This document shows, piece by piece, positions 1 to 8,559 of a DNA stretch of 40,138 nucleotides (the first letter of the stretch is position 1; the number at the start of each line of letters is the position of its first letter). Origin of the DNA: a virus (lineage: Duplodnaviria > Caudoviricetes); IMG/VR virus record IMGVR_UViG_3300032305_000524, positions 1-40,138 of that record. The stretch is one strand, 5' to 3'. Made by a program: the position numbers and the translations under genes. The notes under the pieces were generated by a model. It searched no databases, was not told the origin of the DNA, and was given only the letters and a program-made list of their open reading frames with translations.

Positions 1-493
1 CAGTAGTAACTACTGTGCTTTCCAAGGCGCTGGTAGAGTTACCTGTACGGGTAGAACCTGTAGAAGTAGACTGCGCAGCAGCAAAGAAGGTGTTTGCGCC
101 AAGAGCGGCCTGAGTTACTTGACCATCCAATTGAGCTTGGAAAGTAACGTTAGGATCAGTGATCACGTATGCAGTTACCACGCCGGTTGTGCCGGAGGGG
201 TAGTACTGACCGTAAATCTGCTGACCTTGTGCGTTGATGTAGGATGCACCAACAAAAACGCCCCAAGCACCCAAACTAGAACCACCAAGGTTATTGGTAG
301 TCAAGTCTGCGCCGGTAGCGGTACACAAAGCGATATAACCGTCTGCATTGATGAGAACAGCTTGTCCAAAGAACAAGTTAGTACCAGCGCCGCTAGTTGG
401 GTCAATTAGGAACTGACTCGTAGCGCCAGCATAGGGCATGCCGTCGTTACGATTAATGGCTCGAAGGCCATAGGGGGTATTGGTCATTGACAT
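1..493 (-). CDS. Virion head protein, probably capsid decoration/cement type (3' end outside window)
   Basis: ATG at 493-491 with GGAG upstream; open frame to window edge (MSMTNTPYGLRAINRNDGMPYAG...DPNVTFQAQ); Gly/Thr/Ala-rich; lies downstream of scaffold in head operon. Confidence 0.6.
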   Translation of the reverse strand, partial: MSMTNTPYGLRAINRNDGMPYAGATSQFLIDPTSGAGTNLFFGQAVLINADGYIALCTATGADLTTNNLGGSSLGAWGVFVGASYINAQGQQIYGQYYPSGTTGVVTAYVITDPNVTFQAQLDGQVTQAALGANTFFAAAQSTSTGSTRTGNSTSALESTVVTT

Positions 494-512
494 TTTAAGT
501 CTCCAAAAAAAT

Positions 513-971
513 TTAAATACCTTTTCCGAAAGTGACCGTGGACTTACGTTCTTTGAACATAGGCATCCTCGGATCATTCTCGCGCATGTATGTGTTGTCA
601 ACTGATTGCATTTGCGCATCTGCTTGTTGGCGGTAATACGCATTACGCTGTTCAGTAAACTCCACAGGTGTTTTGCAAAGCAATAAACCACCTACCTCAA
701 TACTGTCTGGAAACTTTGCCGCAGCAGAGCTAAACAAACGAATTTCGGGATGATCTGAAGCTTTAACGGGTTCCCAACCCTCGGCAAGCTTGGAGGAATA
801 GTTCGTGGCGTCATCTTTACCTTGTGTAGCGATACGAATCCAGCGAAACGCATAACCCGGTTCCGGTTTCGGATCGGGTAGAAGTTTGGGGGGCATCCAT
901 TGTTTTGGACGCTCCGCCTGTTCGCGGGTATCAAGTTCGCGTGGTGCGCGGTTAGTTTTTTCCATTTTCAT
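513..971 (-). CDS. Conserved hypothetical head-module protein
   Basis: 152-aa ORF coupled to scaffold stop; motifs FRWIR, EGWEPV, GGLLLCK resemble proteins at this position in related phages. Confidence 0.75.
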   Translation of the reverse strand: MKMEKTNRAPRELDTREQAERPKQWMPPKLLPDPKPEPGYAFRWIRIATQGKDDATNYSSKLAEGWEPVKASDHPEIRLFSSAAAKFPDSIEVGGLLLCKTPVEFTEQRNAYYRQQADAQMQSVDNTYMRENDPRMPMFKERKSTVTFGKGI

Positions 972-1921
972 TTCCTCATTTCTTCAGCAACCTTACGGGC
1001 GTACAGTTCCAATGGAACTCCCAACCGCTTGGCGAGATTCACCTGTGTCTGCGTCAGCACGATTTTGCGCGGTGCTGTACTACGCGTTGCAGGTGCAACG
1101 TTATTGGATTTAGTTCGCTGAGGTTTCGCATCAGCGGGTTCGTCGGCTCCAAATTGGTCGGCAAACCTTTCGCGCATGTCAGTGTTGATACGTTTGTAGT
1201 ATTCATCACTACCTGCTGGGATTCCTTCCCCTACCAAGTCCTCGTGCAAGCCGAGGGCATAAGCTGTCATCCGTTTATTTGAACCAAACCACTGATTTTG
1301 GTCTTGCCATGCAAGTAGTTTTTCGTCCACGGGTGCAGCCGGTTGGGGCTGATATGCGGGTTGTACATTAGTTTTTTCTACTTGTAAAGGGGCTGGGCGA
1401 AAATTATTTACTTTATCCGCTTTCATCTTGGCCGAGGTAAGCGCTTCTTGAGCGTTCACCAGAGCATCAGAATCACCCGCTTCATAGGCTTCTTTGTACT
1501 GACGTTTTGCAGTTTCAAGCTCATTGGCCACCACTTTCTTGGCTTGTTCAATTAACGCTGTCTGATTCTGGTTAACAGAACCCTTGAGCTTGTTGTTTTC
1601 TTCAGCCAAAGATCGGGCAAACCGCAGTGCTTCTTCTTTCTCACGTTCAGCCGCTTCTTTAGCGCGGCGCTCGTCGTGGTAGCCTTTTGTAAAGTGTTTT
1701 ATACGTTTTTGGACACTTTCATCATACTTTGACAACTCTTCATCCGTCACATCTTTGGGCGGCTCAGACATGGGTTTACGCCCACGGTCTTCGGCAGGTG
1801 TGTCGTCTACGACTTCAATTTCCGGTGCGTCAGACTCAGGTTCTACAACCTTGCCACCCTTACGGGCGTTGACTTCAGCTTCATCAGGAAACTCAAATTC
1901 CGTTTTTTCAATTTCAGCCAT
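968..1921 (-). CDS. Putative capsid scaffolding protein
   Basis: Acidic N-terminus, long coiled coil, C-terminal AKRLGVPLELYA helix; AGGAG RBS; located between portal and capsid genes. Confidence 0.65.
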   Translation of the reverse strand: MAEIEKTEFEFPDEAEVNARKGGKVVEPESDAPEIEVVDDTPAEDRGRKPMSEPPKDVTDEELSKYDESVQKRIKHFTKGYHDERRAKEAAEREKEEALRFARSLAEENNKLKGSVNQNQTALIEQAKKVVANELETAKRQYKEAYEAGDSDALVNAQEALTSAKMKADKVNNFRPAPLQVEKTNVQPAYQPQPAAPVDEKLLAWQDQNQWFGSNKRMTAYALGLHEDLVGEGIPAGSDEYYKRINTDMRERFADQFGADEPADAKPQRTKSNNVAPATRSTAPRKIVLTQTQVNLAKRLGVPLELYARKVAEEMRK

Positions 1922-1930
1922 GATTACTCC

Positions 1931-2335
1931 TTAGTTAGGGCGTTGGATACCACGAGGGTCTTGCACAACGGCTTGTATGGAATCATCGTTAATTAAACGC
2001 CATTCAGTGCCATGAATTTTCATGCGAGTGCCAGTGTTTGGGCGAACCAAAACAAAGTCACCAACTTTGCATGATGGACCAGATGGGAATCTGGCAGCGT
2101 CTTTAAACGCATCAGGACCAATCTTTGCAACAAACAACACGGGGGAGAGAAGCTCCTCGTGGTGCATAGCTGTGGCAGATTTTAAAATCCCTGTCTCGCT
2201 GAATTCTTCTTCAGCTTTAGGCAACATACACAAAATATGGTACGTCGCGGGGTCCGGCACTTGTTTGGCTTTTTCTTCAGCGGATGTGTTTAGCAATCCC
2301 GTCAGATCGACCGCACTAACGTCGAAATCAGTCAT
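1931..2335 (-). CDS. GroES-like co-chaperonin
   Basis: Motifs ETGIL, VAKIGPDA, CKVGDFVL, RLINDDSIQAVV match the Cpn10 fold; start trimmed to MTDF, which overlaps the upstream stop. Confidence 0.8.
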   Translation of the reverse strand: MTDFDVSAVDLTGLLNTSAEEKAKQVPDPATYHILCMLPKAEEEFSETGILKSATAMHHEELLSPVLFVAKIGPDAFKDAARFPSGPSCKVGDFVLVRPNTGTRMKIHGTEWRLINDDSIQAVVQDPRGIQRPN

Positions 2336-2522
2336 CGTCATAATCCTTAGTTTTTCGCACGAGGTCAGCAAGTTCATACTGCGCGGTTTGCAGACCTCGG
2401 ATAGTTCCGCACAGTTCTTTATAGTGCTCGTGGGATTTAGCTCCACCAGCGCTAATTACGTCAACCAACTGCTTGACGTGTTCGTTTAGTTTGCCGTCTA
2501 AAACTTCAAGCAGATTGGCCAT
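2328..2522 (-). CDS. Hypothetical protein
   Basis: 64-aa ORF with GGAG RBS directly after portal; YKELCGTIRGL helix. Confidence 0.7.
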   Translation of the reverse strand: MANLLEVLDGKLNEHVKQLVDVISAGGAKSHEHYKELCGTIRGLQTAQYELADLVRKTKDYDDD

Positions 2523-2524
2523 GA

Positions 2525-5086
2525 TTACTCCCTATTGCCTTGTAATAACTTTGTAAGTCTGTCCATCTCGGCATGCTCCAACTTCTGGCTATGTACTTGT
2601 CCGCCATGAGCCATCTTCTGTTGGACCTGCGCTTGTTGCTGCTGCATAGCTTGCTGTTGCTGGGCCTGAGCTTGTTCAAGCTCCATCCGTTTAGCAGCCA
2701 TCTCCATACCGTGTAACTCCTGCGCCTGCATAATTTCTTGCTGCAATCGCATTGATGCCATGGCTGGGTCTTCGCCTGTTCTCGCTGCACTTTCTTGCGC
2801 CTTGAGTGACAACTCCTCGGCCTTAAGCTGCAAGTCACCCTTGACCTTGAGCGCTTTAGTGTCAGCTTCTTGTTTCTTGATCGCCAACTCTGCTTGCTGC
2901 AACTGCATGACTGGGTCTTGCTGCATCTGCTGAGCTTGTTGGTTTGCCACCTGACCTTTGCTCGCAGCCAGCACTTGTTGTGCGCCTTGGGCAACCAGAC
3001 GTGACAACATAACTTCTGCATCTTCTGGCATTTGTTCGTCGGGTGGTGGCAATGGCACGCCAAGTTGCTCTTCCACTTTTTTGCGGTACGCAAACGCCAA
3101 GTGTTCTGAGAGGTGAGCTTGAATCTCGGCCATCATCTTCTGGGCTTGTGGGTTCTGACCAACCTGCGCCATGATAAGCGGGTCCTGCATCATTGATGTA
3201 TGTACAGAAATGTGTGCGTCGTGGTCTTGATAGATAAACGCTTTGGTCGGTTTGCCATTCAGGAACGCCATGTTTTCGCTGACAGGATCGCGTGGTGTCA
3301 TGTCGTCATCTGTAGGTACAAGTTTCTCAGCGTTCTTTACACCAAGCACCTCGATCATTTGGCGGTGCAATATCGGCAAGTCATAAATCTGCGGAGCCTG
3401 TTGCGCCAACTGCATCACCGCTTGGTACTGCATGATGCGCTGCGCCATCGTCGCGCTGTTCGGATCGCTGACTGGAATTACGTCCACCATGTCGTAATCT
3501 TCTTGCTTTGCCATGCGGTCGCCGCTTGATGGATCAAAGCTGTACTGATCTGGTGTGTAGTCGCGGATAATGTCACGCAAAAGTTTGAACTCTTGCTTCA
3601 TGCTGTAGTGCACGCGGGCCTGTACAGCAGACATTGTTTTTAGCTGACGCTCCAACAGAGCGAGCGTGGTACCTACCGGAGCATTCGCACTCATGTCACT
3701 GATGTTCATATCAGCAATAGAGCCTAAGCGTTTACCCTCGTCGGTGATCTGATTTAACAAGGCAAGTAAGACTTGTGATGGTTCTTTGTACGGCAACATC
3801 ATGATGTTGTCTTTGACTGCGCCGCTTGGCACATCTACATCACGGAACTCACCGGGGTTGATTGGTGTATCGTCACCCTTGATACGCAAGCCACGAGCTT
3901 TAAGTCCACCGGGCAAGTTAGCCAACGTACCAGCATCAACCAACTGACGGATGATAGAAGTACCTGCGCGTGCGTAGCCGCCGATCAAGTGGATCAAGCC
4001 AAGACCGTAAGCACCAAAGCCGGGTATGTATGTGTACTGTACGAAGTGATCGCGTTTTAATTTGCGCTTGTCTTCTGGGTTCCAGTTACGGCGAATGGCC
4101 AACACTTTGTTAGTGCCGCGATCAATTGTCACCACGTATGGCAGTGCAATCTCATCTTCATCCTCGTAACCCGGCAGGTCGTAGTCAACGTGAAGTTCCA
4201 GAATCTGATAGCGGTCGTCATCCGTAAGCGTAAAGCCTTGGTCTTCCGCTTTCTTCTTCTCAATATCTGTATGTATGACTTGCGGCTCACCCAACTCAAC
4301 GTCACGATAAAAGCCCGCTACCTGCAGCTTCTTCATGTCGTTCTTGGTCTTACGCATGATGTGTGCAACACGATCAGACGTCTTCAGGCTTGACGCGCCA
4401 TACGGAATAATGATGTCTTCCGCAGGTATAAACACCGCAATCTGGCGATTCAGACTGGGGTCAAAGTAAACTTTCTTGAACGCGCTACCAGCCAAACCAA
4501 GGGAGTACAGCATCTTCTCATGCTCAGGGCGATACTCAGACATCACCTCGGTCAACTGGTAATTCATGTCCTCTCGAACGCGCTCCGCCGCCTCTTCTTT
4601 AAGTTTATCAATTGCACCAATGATTTCCGTTTTGACAGGGCCTTGAGCCGGGAAAGTCTCAATGATAGTTTCGCTTTGGAAACGTACTGCGGCTTCTGTG
4701 AGTACAGTGGAGAATACCCCACAAGCTCCGAGCCAAGGCTCCGTTCTTTCTTCATACTTCATCCCCAAAACGTCTAGACCTTTGACATACATCTCAACCC
4801 AGTCTTTGCGGCTGCCAATGTCTGCATCTACCAGTTCAATCAAGTCACTGGCAAGTTTCTGCAACTCGCCCTCGTCCATCTCGTCAGCAAGGTTAGCGTC
4901 GAAGTCGTCGCTCTTATCGCCTGCAACAATCTCCATCAGGTCAATCTCAACTCCGTCCATACCGACGATCAAACCCTCAGGGTTCTCAATCTGAATCTCA
5001 ATGCCGGGACCCTCATCCAACTCAGGGGCCAGTGCATCCAACCCAAGCGGTGCTGGGTTTAGTGAAGGGAACATATTAGTAGCCAT
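2525..5086 (-). CDS. Portal protein (P22-like) with Gln-rich C-terminal extension
   Basis: 853 aa directly after TerL; GSAFKKVY, FYRD, GLGLIHLIGG, GTTLALLE motifs; coiled-coil Q-rich tail. Confidence 0.85.
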   Translation of the reverse strand: MATNMFPSLNPAPLGLDALAPELDEGPGIEIQIENPEGLIVGMDGVEIDLMEIVAGDKSDDFDANLADEMDEGELQKLASDLIELVDADIGSRKDWVEMYVKGLDVLGMKYEERTEPWLGACGVFSTVLTEAAVRFQSETIIETFPAQGPVKTEIIGAIDKLKEEAAERVREDMNYQLTEVMSEYRPEHEKMLYSLGLAGSAFKKVYFDPSLNRQIAVFIPAEDIIIPYGASSLKTSDRVAHIMRKTKNDMKKLQVAGFYRDVELGEPQVIHTDIEKKKAEDQGFTLTDDDRYQILELHVDYDLPGYEDEDEIALPYVVTIDRGTNKVLAIRRNWNPEDKRKLKRDHFVQYTYIPGFGAYGLGLIHLIGGYARAGTSIIRQLVDAGTLANLPGGLKARGLRIKGDDTPINPGEFRDVDVPSGAVKDNIMMLPYKEPSQVLLALLNQITDEGKRLGSIADMNISDMSANAPVGTTLALLERQLKTMSAVQARVHYSMKQEFKLLRDIIRDYTPDQYSFDPSSGDRMAKQEDYDMVDVIPVSDPNSATMAQRIMQYQAVMQLAQQAPQIYDLPILHRQMIEVLGVKNAEKLVPTDDDMTPRDPVSENMAFLNGKPTKAFIYQDHDAHISVHTSMMQDPLIMAQVGQNPQAQKMMAEIQAHLSEHLAFAYRKKVEEQLGVPLPPPDEQMPEDAEVMLSRLVAQGAQQVLAASKGQVANQQAQQMQQDPVMQLQQAELAIKKQEADTKALKVKGDLQLKAEELSLKAQESAARTGEDPAMASMRLQQEIMQAQELHGMEMAAKRMELEQAQAQQQQAMQQQQAQVQQKMAHGGQVHSQKLEHAEMDRLTKLLQGNRE

Positions 5087-5095
5087 TTAAAGTCC

Positions 5096-6619
5096 TTAGT
5101 AATACGCTTGGCGACGGCCCGCGTAATAGGGTTCATTATCCTCGTGGTCACTACTTAAGCGCAATAGCCCACCCTTGCGAATTCTCATCAACGCCAGTGT
5201 CATGGTGTCCACCTCGTCGTCATGCTCGCCTGCGGGAAATGCCAAAATCTCCTCCACAGTGGCCGCAGCCCACGCATTCTCGGGGAACCAAACGTGTCCT
5301 GACGCAAACATATCTGCCACGGCATTAAGCCTAGCAATTTTATCCTGACCCTTGCCGGGGCTGAAGTCCTGCACAAATATACCTGACCTGCGCATCTCGT
5401 CAATCAGCGGCTGACCACTGGCTTTAGCCTCGACGATCACACTGTCCGGCTCCCATATCTTGTACTGCTCGTGCGCCATGGCTTTTAGCTCAGGAAACTC
5501 GTATTTCCCCTTGACTTTGTTCAGCAGTATGACGTTCTGTGTGCCGTCTTCTTCACTTTCAAACACGCCCCACGTATGGCACACGGAAAAGTCAGATCGT
5601 TCCTTGGTTGTAAGCGCCGTATCAAACGCCTGCACCATAAAGTCAATTTTTGGCGGGTCATCCTTCTCCCACCAGCGTATCCAGTCCCGTTTTATGATCG
5701 CAGCCTCGGCTGCTGTTGGGTTTTGCTGGTATTGAGCGTACCACTGCCACATGATGTGGTGCATTGACGCCCGGGTTTGCTGCAAACTCTCGATTGACCA
5801 CTGTTCGGGCCAGATTGACTTCTCGTTATCCGTGCCTTCGTTCAAAATTGCAGGGAATTCAAAGGTTTCGTAGTTATCCCCGCCCTCATTCATGGCCGAG
5901 TCTTTGATAAGCCTGCCAATTAGGTCCCTCTGGTGCCATCTTGTGTGCAAAACACAAATTTTCCCGTCCGGCATGAGTCGAGTACGCAAACCAGCACTGA
6001 ACCACTCGTATGCATTGTCCAAAGATGTGGTGTTTCCGGCCTTAATGTCCTGCTCAGACAGCGGATCGTCGGCAATAATCAAGTGGGCACCACGACCAGC
6101 GAGCGCACCACCCACACCAATTGCAAAATACTCGCCACCTTTGGTCGTATTCCACTGCGCAGCAGCTTTTGCGTCGCTTGCAATGTTTGTCTCAGGAAAA
6201 ATTGCTTTGTATTCGGGCGTATTAATCAGATTTCGCACCTTGCGAGCCATGACAACCGCCAAATCTGCAGTGTGTGAGGCCACAATTACCTTGTGGTCAG
6301 GGTGTTTTCCCAAGTACCAAGCCGGATAGTAGATAGAAATCATCTGGGATTTACCCATACGAGGTGCCATTGACACGGCAATCCGGTTCTTGACGTTCTG
6401 TTCGACCTCCATCAGCAGGCTACCCAACCGTTTTAAGTGCGTACCAAACTTATAGTTAGTATCAATAGCAGCAATGAAAGATAGAAAGTCATTCTGGGCC
6501 AACTGCTGGCGCTTTCGGCCATCTAACTCCGCAAACATGGCAAGTAACTCCACTGCCTCGTCTGGAGGCAGCTTCTTAGAAATCCGCTCAATGATCTCTG
6601 GCGTTAGGGTTTGCTGCAT
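5096..6619 (-). CDS. terL: Terminase large subunit
   Basis: Walker A APRMGKS, Walker B LIIADD, coupling motif TRWH, nuclease motifs FDTA and HDDEVD. Confidence 0.95.
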   Translation of the reverse strand: MQQTLTPEIIERISKKLPPDEAVELLAMFAELDGRKRQQLAQNDFLSFIAAIDTNYKFGTHLKRLGSLLMEVEQNVKNRIAVSMAPRMGKSQMISIYYPAWYLGKHPDHKVIVASHTADLAVVMARKVRNLINTPEYKAIFPETNIASDAKAAAQWNTTKGGEYFAIGVGGALAGRGAHLIIADDPLSEQDIKAGNTTSLDNAYEWFSAGLRTRLMPDGKICVLHTRWHQRDLIGRLIKDSAMNEGGDNYETFEFPAILNEGTDNEKSIWPEQWSIESLQQTRASMHHIMWQWYAQYQQNPTAAEAAIIKRDWIRWWEKDDPPKIDFMVQAFDTALTTKERSDFSVCHTWGVFESEEDGTQNVILLNKVKGKYEFPELKAMAHEQYKIWEPDSVIVEAKASGQPLIDEMRRSGIFVQDFSPGKGQDKIARLNAVADMFASGHVWFPENAWAAATVEEILAFPAGEHDDEVDTMTLALMRIRKGGLLRLSSDHEDNEPYYAGRRQAYY

Positions 6620-7170
6620 CAGATTGCTTCGACGTCGCTAATATCTATCTGTACTTGGGACTTGGTTGGTTTAGGGTCTACAACTTCCGCTTCCAGCACC
6701 TTGGTCAGGCGTTCACGCAGCATTTGTTCCAACTCTTCCGTGGGCCGGTGGCGCATTGTAATTTCTGTCTTGTCTGTGAACAGCCCAACGTCGCTGATCT
6801 TGCCCAGCAGTTCCAATGACTTCATTCGTATGCGTGGGTCTGGGTTTGCAGTTTCTGCAAGTAGCTTATTAGTTACATAGGTTCGCATCTGCTGCGCCGA
6901 CTTCACAATTACCGTGTCGTATTCTGACAACAGAGACTGCAGATATACCACCATGCCGGGGGAAGACAAGTCCTCGTCTGATGCCAACTCGTTCCCAATG
7001 AACACCTCGCGGGCTTTGTGCTTGTCCGTTTCGGATATTTCGTTTGGGGATGGCAGATTGTTAGTGTCTACTAACGCAGCCATGGCTGCGGCCACGCGGG
7101 TCTCCAGCGACTCGAATGTCGGGGAGTAGTCCGCAAGCGGAATGTTGAAATCTATAACTGGTGTGTACAT
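6619..7170 (-). CDS. Putative terminase small subunit
   Basis: Abuts terL; helical RMKSLELLGKISDVGLF motif typical of TerS-position proteins; start uncertain (7170 or 7185). Confidence 0.6.
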   Translation of the reverse strand: MYTPVIDFNIPLADYSPTFESLETRVAAAMAALVDTNNLPSPNEISETDKHKAREVFIGNELASDEDLSSPGMVVYLQSLLSEYDTVIVKSAQQMRTYVTNKLLAETANPDPRIRMKSLELLGKISDVGLFTDKTEITMRHRPTEELEQMLRERLTKVLEAEVVDPKPTKSQVQIDISDVEAI

Positions 7171-7439
7171 AAGAGGGAATCGCACTCCTAGGGGTTGTGC
7201 AATTATATATGTAATTTTTTTCTTGTGTGTTTTATTTTTGATGGGGGGGCCTTTTCTGTGGAAGGGGGGTGGGTCTGGTAGTTGATATAGTTTTGTATGG
7301 CCGTGGTTTTATTTTGCTGCCAGAGGATTCAACGCTCAGCGTAAGGGGACGTGGGACTCCTAACGCCACCAGCTTGGGGTGGCGGGGCGGTGGGGTCAAA
7401 CCCTGCCGAAAACTATAAGGTTATACCTAAAGAAAAGGG

Positions 7440-7468
7440 TTGACAAAACTATAAAGTTGCTATACATT
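7440..7468 (+). promoter_or_regulatory. Sigma70-type promoter for first rightward operon
   Basis: TTGACA (7440-7445), 17 bp, TACATT (7463-7468); degenerate copy of the 22-bp motif upstream (7409-7428) and a half-site in the spacer. Confidence 0.7.
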
Positions 7469-7534
7469 ACACACATCGGTTAAGCAATTCGGTTTAGCCG
7501 ATATTTAAATCAACGCTATTCAAGGGAAACTAAA

Positions 7535-8074
7535 ATGGCACAATTTACGAAAATCCACGCATCGATTATCGGTGCATTTGCAACTGCTAAGGCTAAAGCT
7601 GACAAGCTGATCGCTGAGAGCATCACAAAACAAAATGCTGAAATCCAAAAATTGGTTGACGCACACGTTATCGCTTGCAGTACCACAAAAGCCGAATACC
7701 TGAAGGGTAATTCCAAAACCAATGAAGCAAGGGGCGAAGTAAAAGCATTGTTTGATTCGCTTGTCTCAAAAGAGTATATTAGCAAAAATTCAGCGCAACA
7801 ATACGCACAATGTTTTTGGATAGCGTTCGAAACGAACGTGCCGTTTTCCCGAGACCTTGCAAATAAAAAAGCCGAAGCAAAAGCCGAAGCAAACACAAAA
7901 GCCGAAGCTACGGCTAAAGCTGGAAAAGTAGAAGTTACTGATATGCCCGCTTTGATTGCCACATTACAAAAGGCTTTGCATCAATGTACCCTGTTAAATC
8001 AGAGCATGCTGAAGGCTTCGCTGATCGATGCTATTGTCGAATTTATCCCTGATTTCACCGAATCAGTTAAGTAA
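7535..8074 (+). CDS. Hypothetical early protein
   Basis: 179-aa ORF, AAGGGA RBS, Ala/Lys-rich KAEA repeats. Confidence 0.8.
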   Translation: MAQFTKIHASIIGAFATAKAKADKLIAESITKQNAEIQKLVDAHVIACSTTKAEYLKGNSKTNEARGEVKALFDSLVSKEYISKNSAQQYAQCFWIAFETNVPFSRDLANKKAEAKAEANTKAEATAKAGKVEVTDMPALIATLQKALHQCTLLNQSMLKASLIDAIVEFIPDFTESVK

Positions 8075-8089
8075 AAACCTAAACAACGG

Positions 8090-8117
8090 AAACCCTAGGG
8101 GAAACCCTAGGGGTTTT
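8090..8117 (+). terminator. Hairpin CCCTAGGG-GAAA-CCCTAGGG followed by GTTTT (weak terminator or processing site)
   Basis: 8-bp stem with GNRA loop and short U tract between ORFs. Confidence 0.5.
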
Positions 8118-8120
8118 AAA

Positions 8121-8306
8121 ATGAACAAATACATGCACTATTCAAAAGCAAAACCCGAAGCGGACGTTTTGACTTGGAAAATCTACAATGACCCATTGGT
8201 TAACCGATGGAAAGTTGAATTTTCCGATGGTGAAAAGCGTTCTTTCCGTCATGAAAAAGATGCAAAAGCATACATCAATGACAAATTTTTCTCAATGTAT
8301 TTTTAA
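8121..8306 (+). CDS. Hypothetical protein
   Basis: MNKYMHYSK... 61 aa; start trimmed to the ATG after the hairpin. Confidence 0.6.
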   Translation: MNKYMHYSKAKPEADVLTWKIYNDPLVNRWKVEFSDGEKRSFRHEKDAKAYINDKFFSMYF

Positions 8307-8316
8307 GGGTAACATC

Positions 8317-8517
8317 ATGTCAGATTTTGTTGGAGTTCTTACAATTTATACTTGGGTCAATGCACCAGAAGGTAAAAGGGGCAAACGTCTAAACGTCAAT
8401 AAATCCCATTTTTGCGATACCTTTGAAATGGGAAAAGACTTATTGAACCAATGGAGGAAAGCAAACCCCAATATTGAAATGCACGCCGAATTGGTCATTA
8501 CCCGATACATTGACTAA
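8317..8517 (+). CDS. Hypothetical protein
   Basis: MSDFVGV... 66 aa with AAGGG RBS, ends just before terminator. Confidence 0.65.
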   Translation: MSDFVGVLTIYTWVNAPEGKRGKRLNVNKSHFCDTFEMGKDLLNQWRKANPNIEMHAELVITRYID

Positions 8518-8534
8518 ACCCTAGGGTTTCCACT

Positions 8535-8558
8535 AGCCACCGCAAGGTGGCTTTTTTT
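8535..8558 (+). terminator. Intrinsic terminator
   Basis: AGCCACC-GCAA-GGTGGCT followed by T6. Confidence 0.9.
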
Positions 8559-8559
8559 C

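Noticed and set aside
1-493. Major capsid protein call
   Set aside because: No HK97-fold MCP features recognised; it looks like a beta-rich decoration-type protein, and the MCP is probably beyond the window edge
2506-3093. 195-aa alternate-frame ORF in the portal tail and other antisense ORFs in the track
   Set aside because: Shadows of Gln-rich or biased codons in real genes; no RBS or protein-like pattern, unlike 34919-35152
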